DNA of 63,056 nucleotides, filler included, from Atractiella rhizophila (GCA_021432655.1; 9 parts of 7 records of this genome joined end to end with filler, not necessarily neighbours in it), one strand, 5' to 3'. Shown: positions 1 to 12,063, counted from the first letter of the whole stretch. The notes: generated from the sequence alone by a model not told the origin. Numbers and translations: made by a program.

Positions 1-215
1 AATTAAGCCAGACCTGAGGAAACAGATCTGGGAAGCGGGAAGAACTGTAGTGACGGGAGGATGACTTCCCCGGCTTCCCCCTTCTCCACCAAATTCCCAA
101 GAGTCACTCGACCATCTCTGCTTTCCCAACTTGCCTTGCCTCTGCTTCCCTGTCCGCCAGTCTCGCCAATTATATCTATCAATCAAATCGCTCCGATATC
201 CTGACTGCTGGCGAA

Positions 216-3096
216 ATGTGCGGCATAGCATTCGCCTGTCGCTCCTCGTTCGTCACAGCTCCCTCTCCGTGCCTCCTTTCCCTTCCCTTAAATCATTATA
301 ATAACTGTTTTATTCTTGCTCATATTACAATTCGTCTAAACAGCCTTACTCTCGAGCCATTTCAACACTCTGTCGTTGTATTATCTGTTTTCTGTCTTGA
401 TCTATGTGCCTAAACTTCATTTCAGTTATCACTCAAACGATGAAAGGTGGCGCTGACTGGCTGACTTATCTTTTCTAACGACAGATTCTCTTACATGTCC
501 ACTGGCCCTCCGCCGTCCTCCCCATCGTCACCGCGTTCCCATGCCTCTTCCTCACCCGAAGGTGCAATAAATGACCCAGAACTTGGTATACCATTCGAAG
601 ATGGCTCCAGGCCTACAATAGACAACATGCTGAGGGCAGAGGAGGTCTGGAAGGAGGTAACCAATGCAGTTTCTCCGAGAGGTTTGTGCATTTCCTCTGA
701 CTTGTTTTCCTTCTACTACACTGCCAAATTTTGTCTTTCTTTTCCTTTAGGTAGTTCTGATTCTCTCATTTCCTCCACATTTGGTTCTTCTTGTCTCTTC
801 GCATCCTTTGACTTCGTTTATTCATTTGCATCATTGCTCGCCTTGTGGATTCAGACGTCGGGATCCTTAAATTCGTTCTAGATTCATTCCTACATCAACA
901 ACTCATTACAACGGATGGACTAATGGATGAGGGAGCAGGTCCCGACTTACACACGGATCACATCAAGGAGATTTCAACCCGAAAAGGCTTCACCTTCGAG
1001 CTCAGGTTCCACGCCTCCGTCCTGCACCTCAGAGGGGACACCGTCGCTAAGCAGCCCTTCGTGGATCCCGAAAGCGGCGATGTGTTGATCTGGAACGGGG
1101 AGATCTGGGATGGACTCTCGGTGCGGCCGTTTATTCCTTCACTCCTCATTCCATTCATTTCATGACATTAACGATTTAATGATAACCTACATGGCTAACA
1201 GTCAGGTGATGACTGTAGGTCCTGCCACATGAAAACGACGGTGCGAAACTGTTCCAGCGCATCGTAACCGAAGGTCCTGGCAATTTCTTTTCCATCCTTC
1301 GCTCGATCGAGGGGCCGTACGCATTCGTCTACTTCCAATCCTATAATAAAAGGATTCTGTACGGTCGGGATCCATTAGGTCGACGATCGCTATTGATGCA
1401 CAGGCCGACGGCTGTCAACCCTTATTTATTGTTTTCTAGCACTGCCACGAGGAAGGAGTATGCGTTGGGAGATTGGGAGGAGGTACCAGCTGATTGTGTC
1501 CATTGTTACAATCTGCTCGATCTTAAGGGTAAATCGTGGCTTGTGCGTGCCTCTCGCCTTCTTATGCCTACCACTTTTTCTATCGCAATGTTGTAATTGA
1601 CGACTGTGTGTAGGTGGATGGAAAAAGAGGAATGGGTCACTACTCCCGACATCCAAAATCGCTAGGGCGGACACAAGATATTCTCATCTATCCCTTTGAT
1701 CGAATGTCCACTCTGCTCCCCTCCAATCCAAACATCCTCCTCCCCTACCTCGACGCATCTACAGTGACCATCACTCCCGAGCTCCAGCAGGCATTAACCG
1801 GCTTCCTTGGCGTATTGGAGGAGTCAACACGGAAGCGAACGACTGATGTCCCGAGATTGAACGGCCCCAAACCGCCTGAACCCCGAATTGCAGTCCTGTT
1901 TTCAGGAGGCATAGATTGTACTACCCTCGCTCTCCTCGTCGACAAATTTCTCCCCGCTGAAGAAGGGGTGGACCTTTTAAACGTCGCATTCGAGAATCCT
2001 CGTGCACTCGCTGCAAAAGCAAATGCTCAGGAGCGAGCACGGAGAGGACAAGGATCAGCGGGTTGGGGAGGAGCAGGAAACGGTAAAGCAGATGGAGGAC
2101 TGAGAGGAGGGGAAGGCATCTCAATGGATATAGACTTCGACGAACTCATAAGAGGATTCATCCCTTCTCCACTTCCTCTTCCCACCGCCCAGCCACCTCC
2201 ATCCAATTTAAACGGCAACTCTCTACAACGACTAGACGAAATTGAGGAGTCTGCTCCTCCAAGTTCTATCGCTTCTCCTGCCCCTGAACTCTCCGGTGAA
2301 GGGGGTGAAATCGCAGCCCTAGTACCGTATGACGTTCCCGACCGTCTCAACGCCCGTTCAAGCCTTGACGAGCTGAGGAGGCTGCGACCAAGAAGGCAGT
2401 GGAGGCTGGTCGAGATTGATGTGCCTTATGAGGAGAGTTTGACCGAGAAGGAGAAAGTTAAGGAGTTGATGTGGCCTAGTAAATCGGTCATGGATCTCGT
2501 GCGTTTCCCTCCCTTCCCATGAACGCTTGATGACACATATGGTACAGAGCATAGCAATGGCCCTCTATTTCGCTGCGCGCGGGAAAGGAACAATATACGA
2601 TGAATCGACCGATGTTTCAACTCCTTACACATCAGAAGCTCGCGTTCTCATCTCTGGTCTTGGCGCAGATGAACTCTTAGGTGGATATTCGCGCCATCGT
2701 CGCGCCTTCTCTCCCAGTGACCTCTCGCACCTGACACTAGGAGGGGATTGGGGTTCGCTCATCAACGAGATGCAGCTCGACTTGGATCGGATCTCGGTGA
2801 GGAATCTTGGGAGGGATGATCGAGTGATATCTTGTCACGGGAAGGAGGTGCGGTATCCCTTCCTCGACGGCAGTGTGGTCGAATACCTCAATGCCTTGCC
2901 CATTTGGTTGAAGTGCGATTTGAGGTTTGAGGAGGGCTTGGGCGATAAATTGCTCCTCAGGTGTTTGGCCAGTCAGCTCGGACTTGTGGAGACATCCAGG
3001 GCGAGAAAGAGGGCGATACAATTTGGGAGCAGAAGTGCGAGGATGGAGGTTGAGGAGGGCAAAGAGAAACCGAGAGGTGACATGGATGCCTCATAA
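216..3096 (+). CDS. Asparagine synthetase domain-containing protein (ASNSD1/YML096W-like), multi-exon
   Basis: N-terminal MCGI (Ntn-amidotransferase Cys2). Introns 248-484 and 682-938 splice to give RGPD. Also LHLRG..QP, WNGEI, GRDPLGRRSL, PP-loop VLFSGGIDC, SGLGADELLGGY, RNLGRDDR, EVRYPFLD, KRAIQFG. Confidence 0.92.
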
Positions 3097-3443
3097 TCAA
3101 CCTAATTCTTGGATTCGATAGGCTATAATGCGAACGAAGAGGAAATGTAACAACATTGTCTTGGTGTGCGACTGATGCGTTGTTTTGTTATGATGAACTG
3201 TGGCTCGTCTCATTTGGTGTCATTATGGAGGTCATGATGTGCAAGGGAATGCATTTCGTAGACAATTTGCGCGCATATTGAATACATAAATTGCCTGGAA
3301 CGAGTGATACCGTACATGGGCTCAAAGATTCGACGTTCGAACGAGACAAACAAAACTCTGGATGCAGAACTGTTTGGGCAAAGGTGATCAGACGGCTGTC
3401 AAAAAAAACCAGAGGAACGCACCACAGGGCTAACGAGACAACT

Positions 3444-6400
3444 TCACCTCAACGCAATCGGCCTTCGAGGCATAGGCGCCACCTTCCTTCCTCCCCTTGC
3501 AGCCCCACGACCAGGGCCACTCCCGCGGGGTAAAATAACCGTACCCCTTTTCGCCTTCCCTCTCGCAAAAGCATGAGCACTCTGGATAACTCCATCGATT
3601 GAGAGATCCGGTTGACGTTCCTCACTCTCACTCTCGCTCTCCTTTGAATTGTCATGGCCGCTCGTTTTGCGTTGAGCAGAAAGGAGATCCATCAAGTCTG
3701 TCTCATTCCCTGATTCTGATTCTTGATCTTCCTGTCCTCTGGAGGTCGATGGACGAGAATGTTTCAGTACTTTGATATGCGTCCTTTTCTTTTCTGCTAA
3801 GTCGAGGAGATCTTTCGAAGACGAGGACTCTCCTGACGAGGAGGCGCCTGTTTGTCTAGAGGTTCGGCGGATCGGTGGCTTGCGAGCGGAATGACTGTTC
3901 TGCGATTTTAGAGGAGGCGCAGTGAAAATGGTTTTTGGTTTAGATGAGATAGTTTTTAGCTGGCTCAACTGTGTTTTGGCTGAGGTAGTCTTCGTGCTTA
4001 TCGACTTTACGGGGGAAGGAGGTGGAGAGCTATCATCATCTGAATGTGACAGATGTTTTGAAGGGGGAGGTGGACGTTTCCGATGCGAAAGTGAGAGTGC
4101 GAAATTAGGACGTTTGGGAGGTGAAGGCCGGGGACGGTCACTATCTGAATCTTCCTCTTCTGAAACAGCTGGACGCTGTGGAGGTTTCCTCTTCGCCAAA
4201 GGTTGCCCGGATGGTTTTGAAGCCATGGCCTTTAGTGACGACCCCGCAGCCTTCTTCTCTGACCCATTTGCCGTCCTTCGCTGCTCCAGTTTTCGCTTCT
4301 TAACCCTCTCTTCCCTTTCGATCTCGGCGTCATCCTCATCCTGGTCCCGCTTCCGTTTCAGAATATCAGCTTTTGTTGTCCTAGCTCCACATTCCTGTCC
4401 AATTTCCCACCAATTTCCCGTTTGCACCCTCCTTCGGCTACTTGTTCGAGTCTGCGATGAAGACTGTGGAAGAATGTTTGCAGGGTTGATGCCCAAACGG
4501 CGTTTGAGAGTCGAGGTTGACAGAGGAGATGGAGTAGCGTCTGCTCCAGAACGCTGAAAGGCAGATAAACGGGGATTGACAGGTGTTTTTGAAGCGGATC
4601 GTATGGCTGGTGCATCGCCCAGGGAGAAACGTTTCCTTTTGCGTGTTCGAGTTTGCTCTGCTTCCGGTTCGTGAACTTGGGGAACGGGGAGGGAAAAGCG
4701 TTTCCCTTTCCTTTTCGCCAGTGCGCGCGGGGGCTTTAGAATGGGCTCTTCCTCTGTCTCTTGCTCCTCTTCGACAACGGCTGCAGGAACCTTGACAACG
4801 GTAGGCGAGACCTCCACTGCTCCAACTTTTCCTGTTGTCTGCATATCATCCTCTTCCGATACAGGTTCTTCGTCAACGACTGGTGCTAGTGTGGTAGCGA
4901 CATGAGGCAGAGCATCGTTCGCAGACACAATGTGGTCTTGTGCTCCTGCATCCTGCTCTGGAAGTTCCTCCTCCACAGTGATCTCCTTCGCGTTAGAACT
5001 TGCAGGTAGGGATGGGATTTGTTCAACCTCTGACTGGCCAGACGATTGGTATGGCGCCTCCTCTTCCACCTCCACCTCTGGCAAAGGTAGAGCATGATCA
5101 TCGAAGCTGGTCTCCACACCGTCTGCGCCATCACCGGGAATGCCTCCATCTTCTTCAAGGCCGACCTCCTGCTCCAAAGGATCCTCAGCCCTTGTTCTAG
5201 CAAGAGGCGCATTCGTGTCGAGATCTTCTGTGCGATGGTCGAGGTTTGTGAGAGGGTTGGGAAAAGATGCATCTGCGACTTCGGCAGGAGTGACATCTCG
5301 TAATACAGATTCTGGGAGCTGGCCAGTAGCTCTGGCTGGAACGGGATCTTCTAATCCTTCATCCTCTCGTGTCGGCATAGGGTTCCCATTCCGCGGGGAT
5401 GGATGTGGACTTGGCTCAGCAGCTGGAGCGAAGAGATCCGGCTCCGAATCTGGCAGCCTTTCTTCCTCCAGTGAAGAGGGATCTGGGCGGTCGTTTGTTA
5501 AGCTGAATAGAGCCGGTGAGGAGCTTGAAGGAGCTTGGATCGCCGCTAACTCTGTTGGAACCATAGCCTCTTTCTCGACAGGGACGGGAGGAGGTTCGAC
5601 GGCTGTCACGCCTTCGATCCCGCTCGTCCATTTATTCGACCTCAGCTTCTTCCTCATCGGCACCTCCGACTCCTCTTCCTCCCTTAAGTTCTTCTCCAAT
5701 CTCTCCTTCATCCTCTGCACAAGCCCGATGGGGACCGACTTCCCTCTATCTTTCGTTTGCTTCAGCGTCAACGTAAGGGGACCGGGCTCTGCTGCCTTGC
5801 GGCGGGGTGACTTTGATTTCGCCTTCAGTGAATTGTTCGACAGCCGCGGCGGCGAAGTTAGTTTTTCTTCTTGTGGTCTGGATCTCAATTTAGTGAGCTT
5901 GCGGGACGACGACGGAGACTTGTTAGCGACAGAGGGAGCTGGAGACTTCGACCTCAAACGCGCCGTCGAAGTCGCGAGTGGTGGAGCTGGCGACTCCTGA
6001 CCTCTCTTCCGCTTCCTGCTCTCATACCCTGGCGCACGGCGTTGATGTTGACTCTGCACTGGAGCGTCCTCGATGTCCACCTCATCCGTCCAATCTGCAC
6101 CTCCTCTTTCTTCCTCTTGCTCCGCCTCGTCAGCTGTCGAACCAGATTGCACCTCGTTCCCCGAACCGGGAGAAGACAGGGGTGACGAGAGAGAATCAGT
6201 CGTTCCTCCCGTGGAAGGAGGGACAAAGTGACGGATTTCGGAGCCGCCGAACCTGACAGAACGTTTTGAAGCAGGGAAGGGAGTGGCGATTTCGGGCGAT
6301 GGAGTGCGGGTTGGTGAAGGTGTGCGTACCCGCCGTGAGGTGACTTCTGCGGTAGCGGGTTGTGGGCGATTGAGGAGGAGGATAGAGGGACTAAAATCGT

Positions 6401-8296
6401 CTTCTGTCATCGTAGTTGCTGGAGTGCTAGGGACATTATTCTCGTCGAAGGTGGCGCTCCTTGCACGCCTGCTTGGAACCGCATTTTCTTCTTCAGGCTC
6501 TATTTGTGGTCTAGGAGGCGAAATGCCCTCCAGATCAGCAGAAGGAAGAACGACCCCCGTTTCCGGCAGTGCCTCAGTGGTGGTAGCGACGCCCTCCTCT
6601 ATTTCAGTAGCAACATGAACCGTCTCAGGTTCGGAAAGGAGCTCCGGGAGAATAAGGTTTTGTGTTTCCGGCTCAGGCTCAGGATGGAGGGAAGGGAGGG
6701 TCAGTTCCATATTGGCAGGTGTGGGGGGTCGCTCTTCTCGCGGGACAGGCACAGGCATGAGATTAGTGACGGGCTCCACCTCTCCATCATCATCTGTTCG
6801 CGCTGTCACATCCTCGCCCTGAACGGAATCGCCCATCTCTTTCGGTGCATCCGTATTGCCATCCGGGACGGTGGTCCCAGTCTCTTCAGCTGATACGACT
6901 GTCTCCATCACCACTTCCTCCTGAGTTGGGACAACGGGTAGCGATGTCTCTAATTCTTTCTGCACCGTTGGTTGTATGTGAGCGGATTCCTTGGCTGCGA
7001 CGTTAGCGGGGATGTGGCTGAGCGACCTCTCTCGTTGCTGTACTGTTGGTTCTGGTGGTGGTTGGGAGGGCGGCGCATTTGCTGGAAGGGTCTCAGCCAC
7101 AGGTGTTGGTGATGAGATATCCATGTCAACTTCAGCTTCCAGTTCTGGAGCACCCGACACTGCTTCCTGCGCCGTATTAATGGAAAGTTGCAGCGACTCG
7201 GACTCGAGGGGCGGAGGAGGCGGAGTTCGAGGAGAGAGACGATGAATGTTGGGATCTTGGATGCTCATCCCTTCTGCCTCCTTAGCAGTTTCTCCCTCTT
7301 GTACTTCTGCCTCAACGGCGCTCGCACTCCTCCCCCCTCTTCCTCTCCCTCTTCCTCTCCCTCTTCCTCTCCCTCTTCCCCTTCCCCTGGGCACGCGCAC
7401 TGTAGACTTGACCTCATTTGTCTGATCCACTTCCGCTGCTTTCTCCGCTTGAAGCCCTTTCCTTTGTCCCTTCCCCCTTCCCTTCCCTGATCCCCTCGGC
7501 CGTCCCCGACCACGCTTAGGCACACTGACTTCCTCTTCCAGCACTTTCTCATGTTCGACAGGCGGAGTAGTGTTTGGCGTCTCGTGCTCATTCTCCTCGC
7601 TCGGACTCGTCCCGTTATTCTTCCCCGAAACCGCAGACTTCTTCACTCCCACTTCCACCTCGCTCTCTTCTTCGCTCGAGAGATCGAGTGAGATGTAGAT
7701 CGGTTGTTTTGGTGGAGGGGGCGGAGGTGGACCTGCGAGTGAGGTAGGGACAAAGCGGTGGGAACGGTGGTTCTGGAGTGCGGTGGAGAGAGTGGTACGT
7801 GGGTGAGAGGTTGCTGAGTAAGATTGGGAGATGGAGACGAGACGGGAAGGGAGGAGGATGTCCCTTTCTGTTCCTTTTGATGTAGTAGCGTGAACGAAGA
7901 CGGGAGAGCTGGCCAATATTGTCTCCCAATTGTTTGGAAAGCCGTCCGCAAAGCCTTCAATCACGGAACTGTGCATTTCTACGTCGCCCATTAGCAGATA
8001 GAGGGAGGAATAGTTGCAGGAAGACTGACGAGAAGTTTCAAAAGTGCCATGGCCAATCAACGCGTACTCCTGGCCCTTCTCGCACTTCACGAGGTGGCTT
8101 CCAAGTCTCTCGACGATGGGAGTGGACGTGTGTTTCTGGCTCTCCTTTGGTTGTGCACGATCTCAGTCAACTGCTGCCCAGTTGTGGTTCATAGACGCGA
8201 GATGCGTACCCCCTCAAATGTACCCTTCAAGACCCATGCTCCCTCTCTGACCTCGTAATCCAGGCTCCAATGGCTTAGCGCTACCCTGTTACTCAT
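3444..8296 (-). CDS. SANTA-domain protein, KNL2/Mis18BP1-like, with AT-hook, long disordered region and CENP-C-like motif
   Basis: ATG at 8296; introns 8209-8145 and 8029-7979. Spliced N-terminus MSNRVALSHWSLDYEVREGAWVLKGTFEGESQKHTSTPIVERLGSHLVKCEKGQEYALIGHGTFETSQMHSSVIEGFADGFPNNWETIL fits the SANTA pattern (LxxW, V.G, S/T.I..R, G..Y.L.G, F..GFP.NW). TRTSSRRRVQTGNWWEI near 4401-4452; KRGRGRPRG near 7495-7520. Confidence 0.75.
7336..7388. repeat. Coding microsatellite (CCTCTT/CCTCTC hexamers) encoding a (GR)n tract on the minus strand
   Basis: Tandem cctcttcctctc units translate on the minus strand to RGRGRGRGRGRGRGRGRGG. Confidence 0.85.
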
Positions 8297-8475
8297 ATCA
8301 TAACACCAAAAACAGCCTGATTTCGTCGTTTGCTCAACTGGGTGGGTTGGCACTCAACCTAACAAGGTTCCGCGTCCACAACACTCAAAAAATTCCACCA
8401 ACTCTCGCCAACTGCACTCACTGTCTCTGCTCTGCTCCAGCTCATCTCGTAGCATATTCCATTGTTCCCTTCAAA

Positions 8476-9553
8476 ATGCTCAGGACTGCTTCCCGCTCTC
8501 TCGCACGCGCTGCCTTCGTCCCCCGTGCAGCAGCCAGGCTCGCCACTCCCCTTCCAAGGTCCTTCGTCGTTCCCCAGCTCAGAACTTTTGCTGCCACGCC
8601 TTTCAGGTCCGCCAGTTGTGCGTACTCACTTTCTTTGAATCTGCAAGTGTTTTGGACTGAGTTATACGTTATACGTGTGCAGCCGACCCTGAACTCTTGC
8701 GAAAGCTGGAGTCGGAGTTCAAGCATGAGCAGGAGAGCGAGGGTGGCGAGAAGGCAGAGGTACCTGAGAAGGTGCAGGAGCTAGCGAAGGACTGGAAGGT
8801 TAGTTTCTTACTTTCATAAAAATGAAAACGTGGTATTGATGGTGTGGTTGGTGTGACACGTAGTTCATTGAGAGCTCCCTTTCGGAAAAAGTGACGCTGA
8901 CGCGATCAATTGGGGATGAGACCGTCACACTTGAATTCCTCGTCACCATTCCTGAGGATGAGGTGCCACAAGAGGAGATGAGCGAGGACGAGCTTGCGGC
9001 TGAGGAGGAACCCGCTGCTTCGCTCGAGAAGAAGATGGGTGCGAGGGGACAGACGGACGTATTACCTGAGGAGCAAGAAGAGTTCGAGGGCCAGGAGCCG
9101 TATCCTTTACCGATCGACGTTACCATCGAGAAGAAGGGTATCAGCGAGGTTCTCAACTTCAAAGTCTCTCTTTCCGGTTCGCCCTTTCCTTTCTTTTCCA
9201 TCCCAGGAGTAGTCTTGACACGTTGGTGGTGATGACAGATGGAGTGTTTGGAGTGTTCGTCATCGAGCAAGTGCTTGTAGGAAAGAGCAAAGAGATCCTC
9301 CGAAACGTCGACTTCGATCCCTACGCTCCTGCATTCAACAGTCTGGACGATGCGCTCCAAGGCCACTTTTACGCATACCTTGAAGAGCGCGGTATCGATG
9401 AAGCCCTTGCACAAGCTTTACCCGAGTACTGTGATTGGAAGGAACAGAAGTATGTCATCGTTTCACGTATTAGAGAGGAGGTTCTAAATTCTTGGGAACA
9501 GGGAATATGTCAATTGGCTCAGCAACGTTAGGGACTTCGTTAAGAAGCAGTAA
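8476..9553 (+). CDS. MAM33: Mitochondrial acidic matrix glycoprotein (MAM33/C1QBP family)
   Basis: Arg/Ala-rich presequence MLRTASRSLARAAF and an acidic core. C-terminus YAPAFNSLDDALQGHFYAYLEERGIDEALAQALPEYCDWKEQKEYVNWLSNVRDFVKKQ* after splicing. Confidence 0.9.
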
Positions 9554-9736
9554 ACACGCTACGCACATTTAGGAGGCAGGAGGGAGGAGGACCAAAAGAA
9601 TCGATGTGATTCACCTTACACGTCGTATAATGACATCTCATGCACATGTCCTGTTAATTTGGCTGTTCATAGTAGTTATAATCGGGATAATACAAAATAC
9701 GCCATTCATTCACACGGAACTGACCGTATAATCCTC

Positions 9737-9836
9737 NNNNNNNNNNNNNNNNNNNNNNNNNNNNNNNNNNNNNNNNNNNNTTAATTAATTAANNNNNNNN
9801 NNNNNNNNNNNNNNNNNNNNNNNNNNNNNNNNNNNN
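9737..9836. other. Assembly linker (N-TTAATTAATTAA-N, 100 nt)
   Basis: The same six-frame-stop spacer also occurs at 16605-16704, 47238-47337, 50992-51091, 57265-57364, 58735-58834, 60427-60526 and 61819-61918. Confidence 0.97.
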
Positions 9837-9860
9837 TAAGAATAGGGTAAAAAGGCTCAC

Positions 9861-10100
9861 CTGAGAAGGGCATAACATAGGGGAACGATTTGTCGTCTGG
9901 CCCTAGAACAAGTTGTCGATTAGCTAGCTATGTGGACAACAAATCGCAGGTTATAGAGAGCCTGTGGAAGAACCCGCTCTTGCTGGCTTTAGGCAGCGCA
10001 TCATCCACGCGGTGGGACTCCACGGGAGATGGGCAACATCGAGGCTCGCTTCGCTAGCAGGGTTGTATGCACTAGATCGTTGACGCGAAAGTAGCGCCAT
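9861..10100 (-). CDS. 5' fragment of a possible membrane transporter (MFS-like), truncated by the linker
   Basis: ATG at 10100, GTGAGT donor at 10023, AG acceptor at 9903, GTGAGC donor at 9860. Gives MALLSRQRSSAYNPASEASLDVAHLPARRQIVPLCYALL, loosely like the start of fungal MFS TM1. Confidence 0.3.
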
Positions 10101-10715
10101 CTTTGACCGATACCACTTGAATCAATGACGACAAAGGGTCGAGTCGAGCATTTCATGCAGCACTTGCGCGTGCGCCGGTTTTGCTCTTCGACGCTTCAGC
10201 CGACGCGAGTACCTGATTCTGCTTCAAGCAGAACAGAAACCACCTTCTCCTTATGTTCTGAGGGTCTTCATGACGACCTTCACCTTCAAGATCTCGAGAA
10301 ATTATCTTCATATTCGTATACGATCACTTTGAACAACCTCGACCTTGTTCGATAACTGAAGCTCTTTCTTCCTCGGTCATGAACAGCTGCATACCTGTCT
10401 TTTTTTTTGTTAAAATATGGAAAGAATAAGGGGTACAAACGCCATTAGCAGAAGATCTGATGATGAGATATGAAACAAAGCAGGGTGTTGAAGGCCTGGG
10501 GACGAGACGGCGGATACATGATAGAAATTGAAAGTCTTCTTCTCCTCTTCACGAAACGCAAACTGACTTTCTCCTCTCCCGAATTCCGTACCGTAGTCTT
10601 GAGTGCAATAGGCCACGTCCAAGCGCGTCAGAGAGATGATCCAACGAAATACACTCGGTTTATGGTTCCTTCCGATCCGATCCTCGACAACGCGACATGA
10701 CACAGACCACAGGCT

Positions 10716-11857
10716 TTAATCCCTGGACCTATGGGCTGGGCTCCTGCTCCTCCTCGGCGGTGGCGATTCTTCCCTCCTCCTAGAGCTATATCTCTCCTCT
10801 CTCCCATCCCTGTCGTCATCCTTCCTCCTCTCTCTCTCTCGGTCGCGATCTCCATGCTTTTCATACCAGTCATCCCTCCTCTTCTCTCTCTCCCTCTCAT
10901 AATCGCCCCTATCTCCTCCTCTGCCACGGGAAGCGCTAGAGTCGTATCTTCCGCCCCCTCCACCATTGTAATACTCATAACCCCTCGAAAAGCGGTCATA
11001 AGACCCAGGGCCAGAGGAGCGATAGGAAGGGCGGCGGTCCTTGAAACCCATGTATTGGCCAGGGGTGGGATCGTGCGCACTCGACGTCAGAGAGTAGTCA
11101 ACGCGGATGTTGCGGCCGTGGAGCTCCTGGATCCTCAAGGTGTTAGTGAATGAGAAAGAACTTGGACGAGAGCTCACCACTCCATTCAGGCCATCAACAA
11201 CGGCTCGGGCGTCTTCAACAGTATCCATATACACGAACGCGAACCCCCTGCTCCTGGCGCTCTGACGCCGACGAATTGTGTAAGGACAGGTCGAAGCTAT
11301 CAATGATACAAAACTTACGCGCTGATCGTACACGACAACTACCTTCTCAACCCTCCCATGTTTGGTCACCAAGTCCTCCAGGTCCCTCTCTGTCGTCCTG
11401 ATGCTGAGTCCAAATACACCAACGCACTTGGAGGGCGGGTTTTGCTGACACATCCAACGGACCCAAATCAACTTCCTGCATGCCAGAATGTTGCGTAGGG
11501 AAGACATACGGACGCAGACCCATTCGTCCTCGTCCCTCTTGCAGCAGTAGAGGAATAACGCGAATCTCTATCCCTGTCCCTATCTCTCCCACTTTCTCCT
11601 TTCTCCCCATCCCTTCTGTCATAGTCACGGTCCCTGTCGCTGCGGTCACGGTCTCGTTCTCGTTCTCTTTCCCTTGAAGGACTATTCTCGCGTGATCCAT
11701 GGTCACGGTGCTTGGAGTCGAGACGGGATTCATAAGGCTCTTCGCGTCCTTTGGGCCTATTAGGCGAATCTCAGTTTTCCCTTCAAGTTTTCAAGGTGAT
11801 AAGCGAAACTTACTGAGGAGAATAAGACCTCTTCCTTTCCCTGCTGTAGTCCGCCAT
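10716..11857 (-). CDS. TRA2: Transformer-2-like SR-related splicing factor (RS-RRM-RS)
   Basis: ATG at 11857 (MADYSRERKRSYSS). RRM NPPSKCVGVFGLSIRTTERDL...SRGFAFVYM...LHGRNIRVDYSLT followed by the Tra2-typical AHDPTPGQYMG. RD/RS-rich flanks. Confidence 0.9.
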
Positions 11858-12063
11858 CCTTGTTCCTTTTTGCCTGGTTTTGGGAAGTCAAGAAAATTAA
11901 ATTTGGTGGTCGTTTTTATTTGCCTTTGACTCGCCACCAGCATCATCTTTCATCACTGCATCAACCGAGCGTCATCAGCCCGCAAGCGGTCGGAATTGAC
12001 CTGCTTGTTAGGGTTTTGGCTTTTTGTTTTTCTTCTCTCTTGGAGTTGCAAAACGGTGCAAAG

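Noticed and set aside
61..204. 47-codon ORF just upstream of the ASNSD1-like ATG, recalling the vertebrate ASNSD1 uORF (ASDURF)
   Set aside because: Pro/Ser/Leu composition simply reflects a pyrimidine-rich promoter; no prefoldin-like coiled coil; its ATG may not be transcribed.
3922..7960. Many long antisense or alternate-frame ORFs over the KNL2-like gene (similar ones over TRA2 and 54644-55708)
   Set aside because: Shadow ORFs of low-complexity coding sequence with no independent motifs.
9781..9792. Recurrent TTAATTAATTAA palindrome as a biological repeat
   Set aside because: Always centred in N runs of fixed total length; a synthetic linker.
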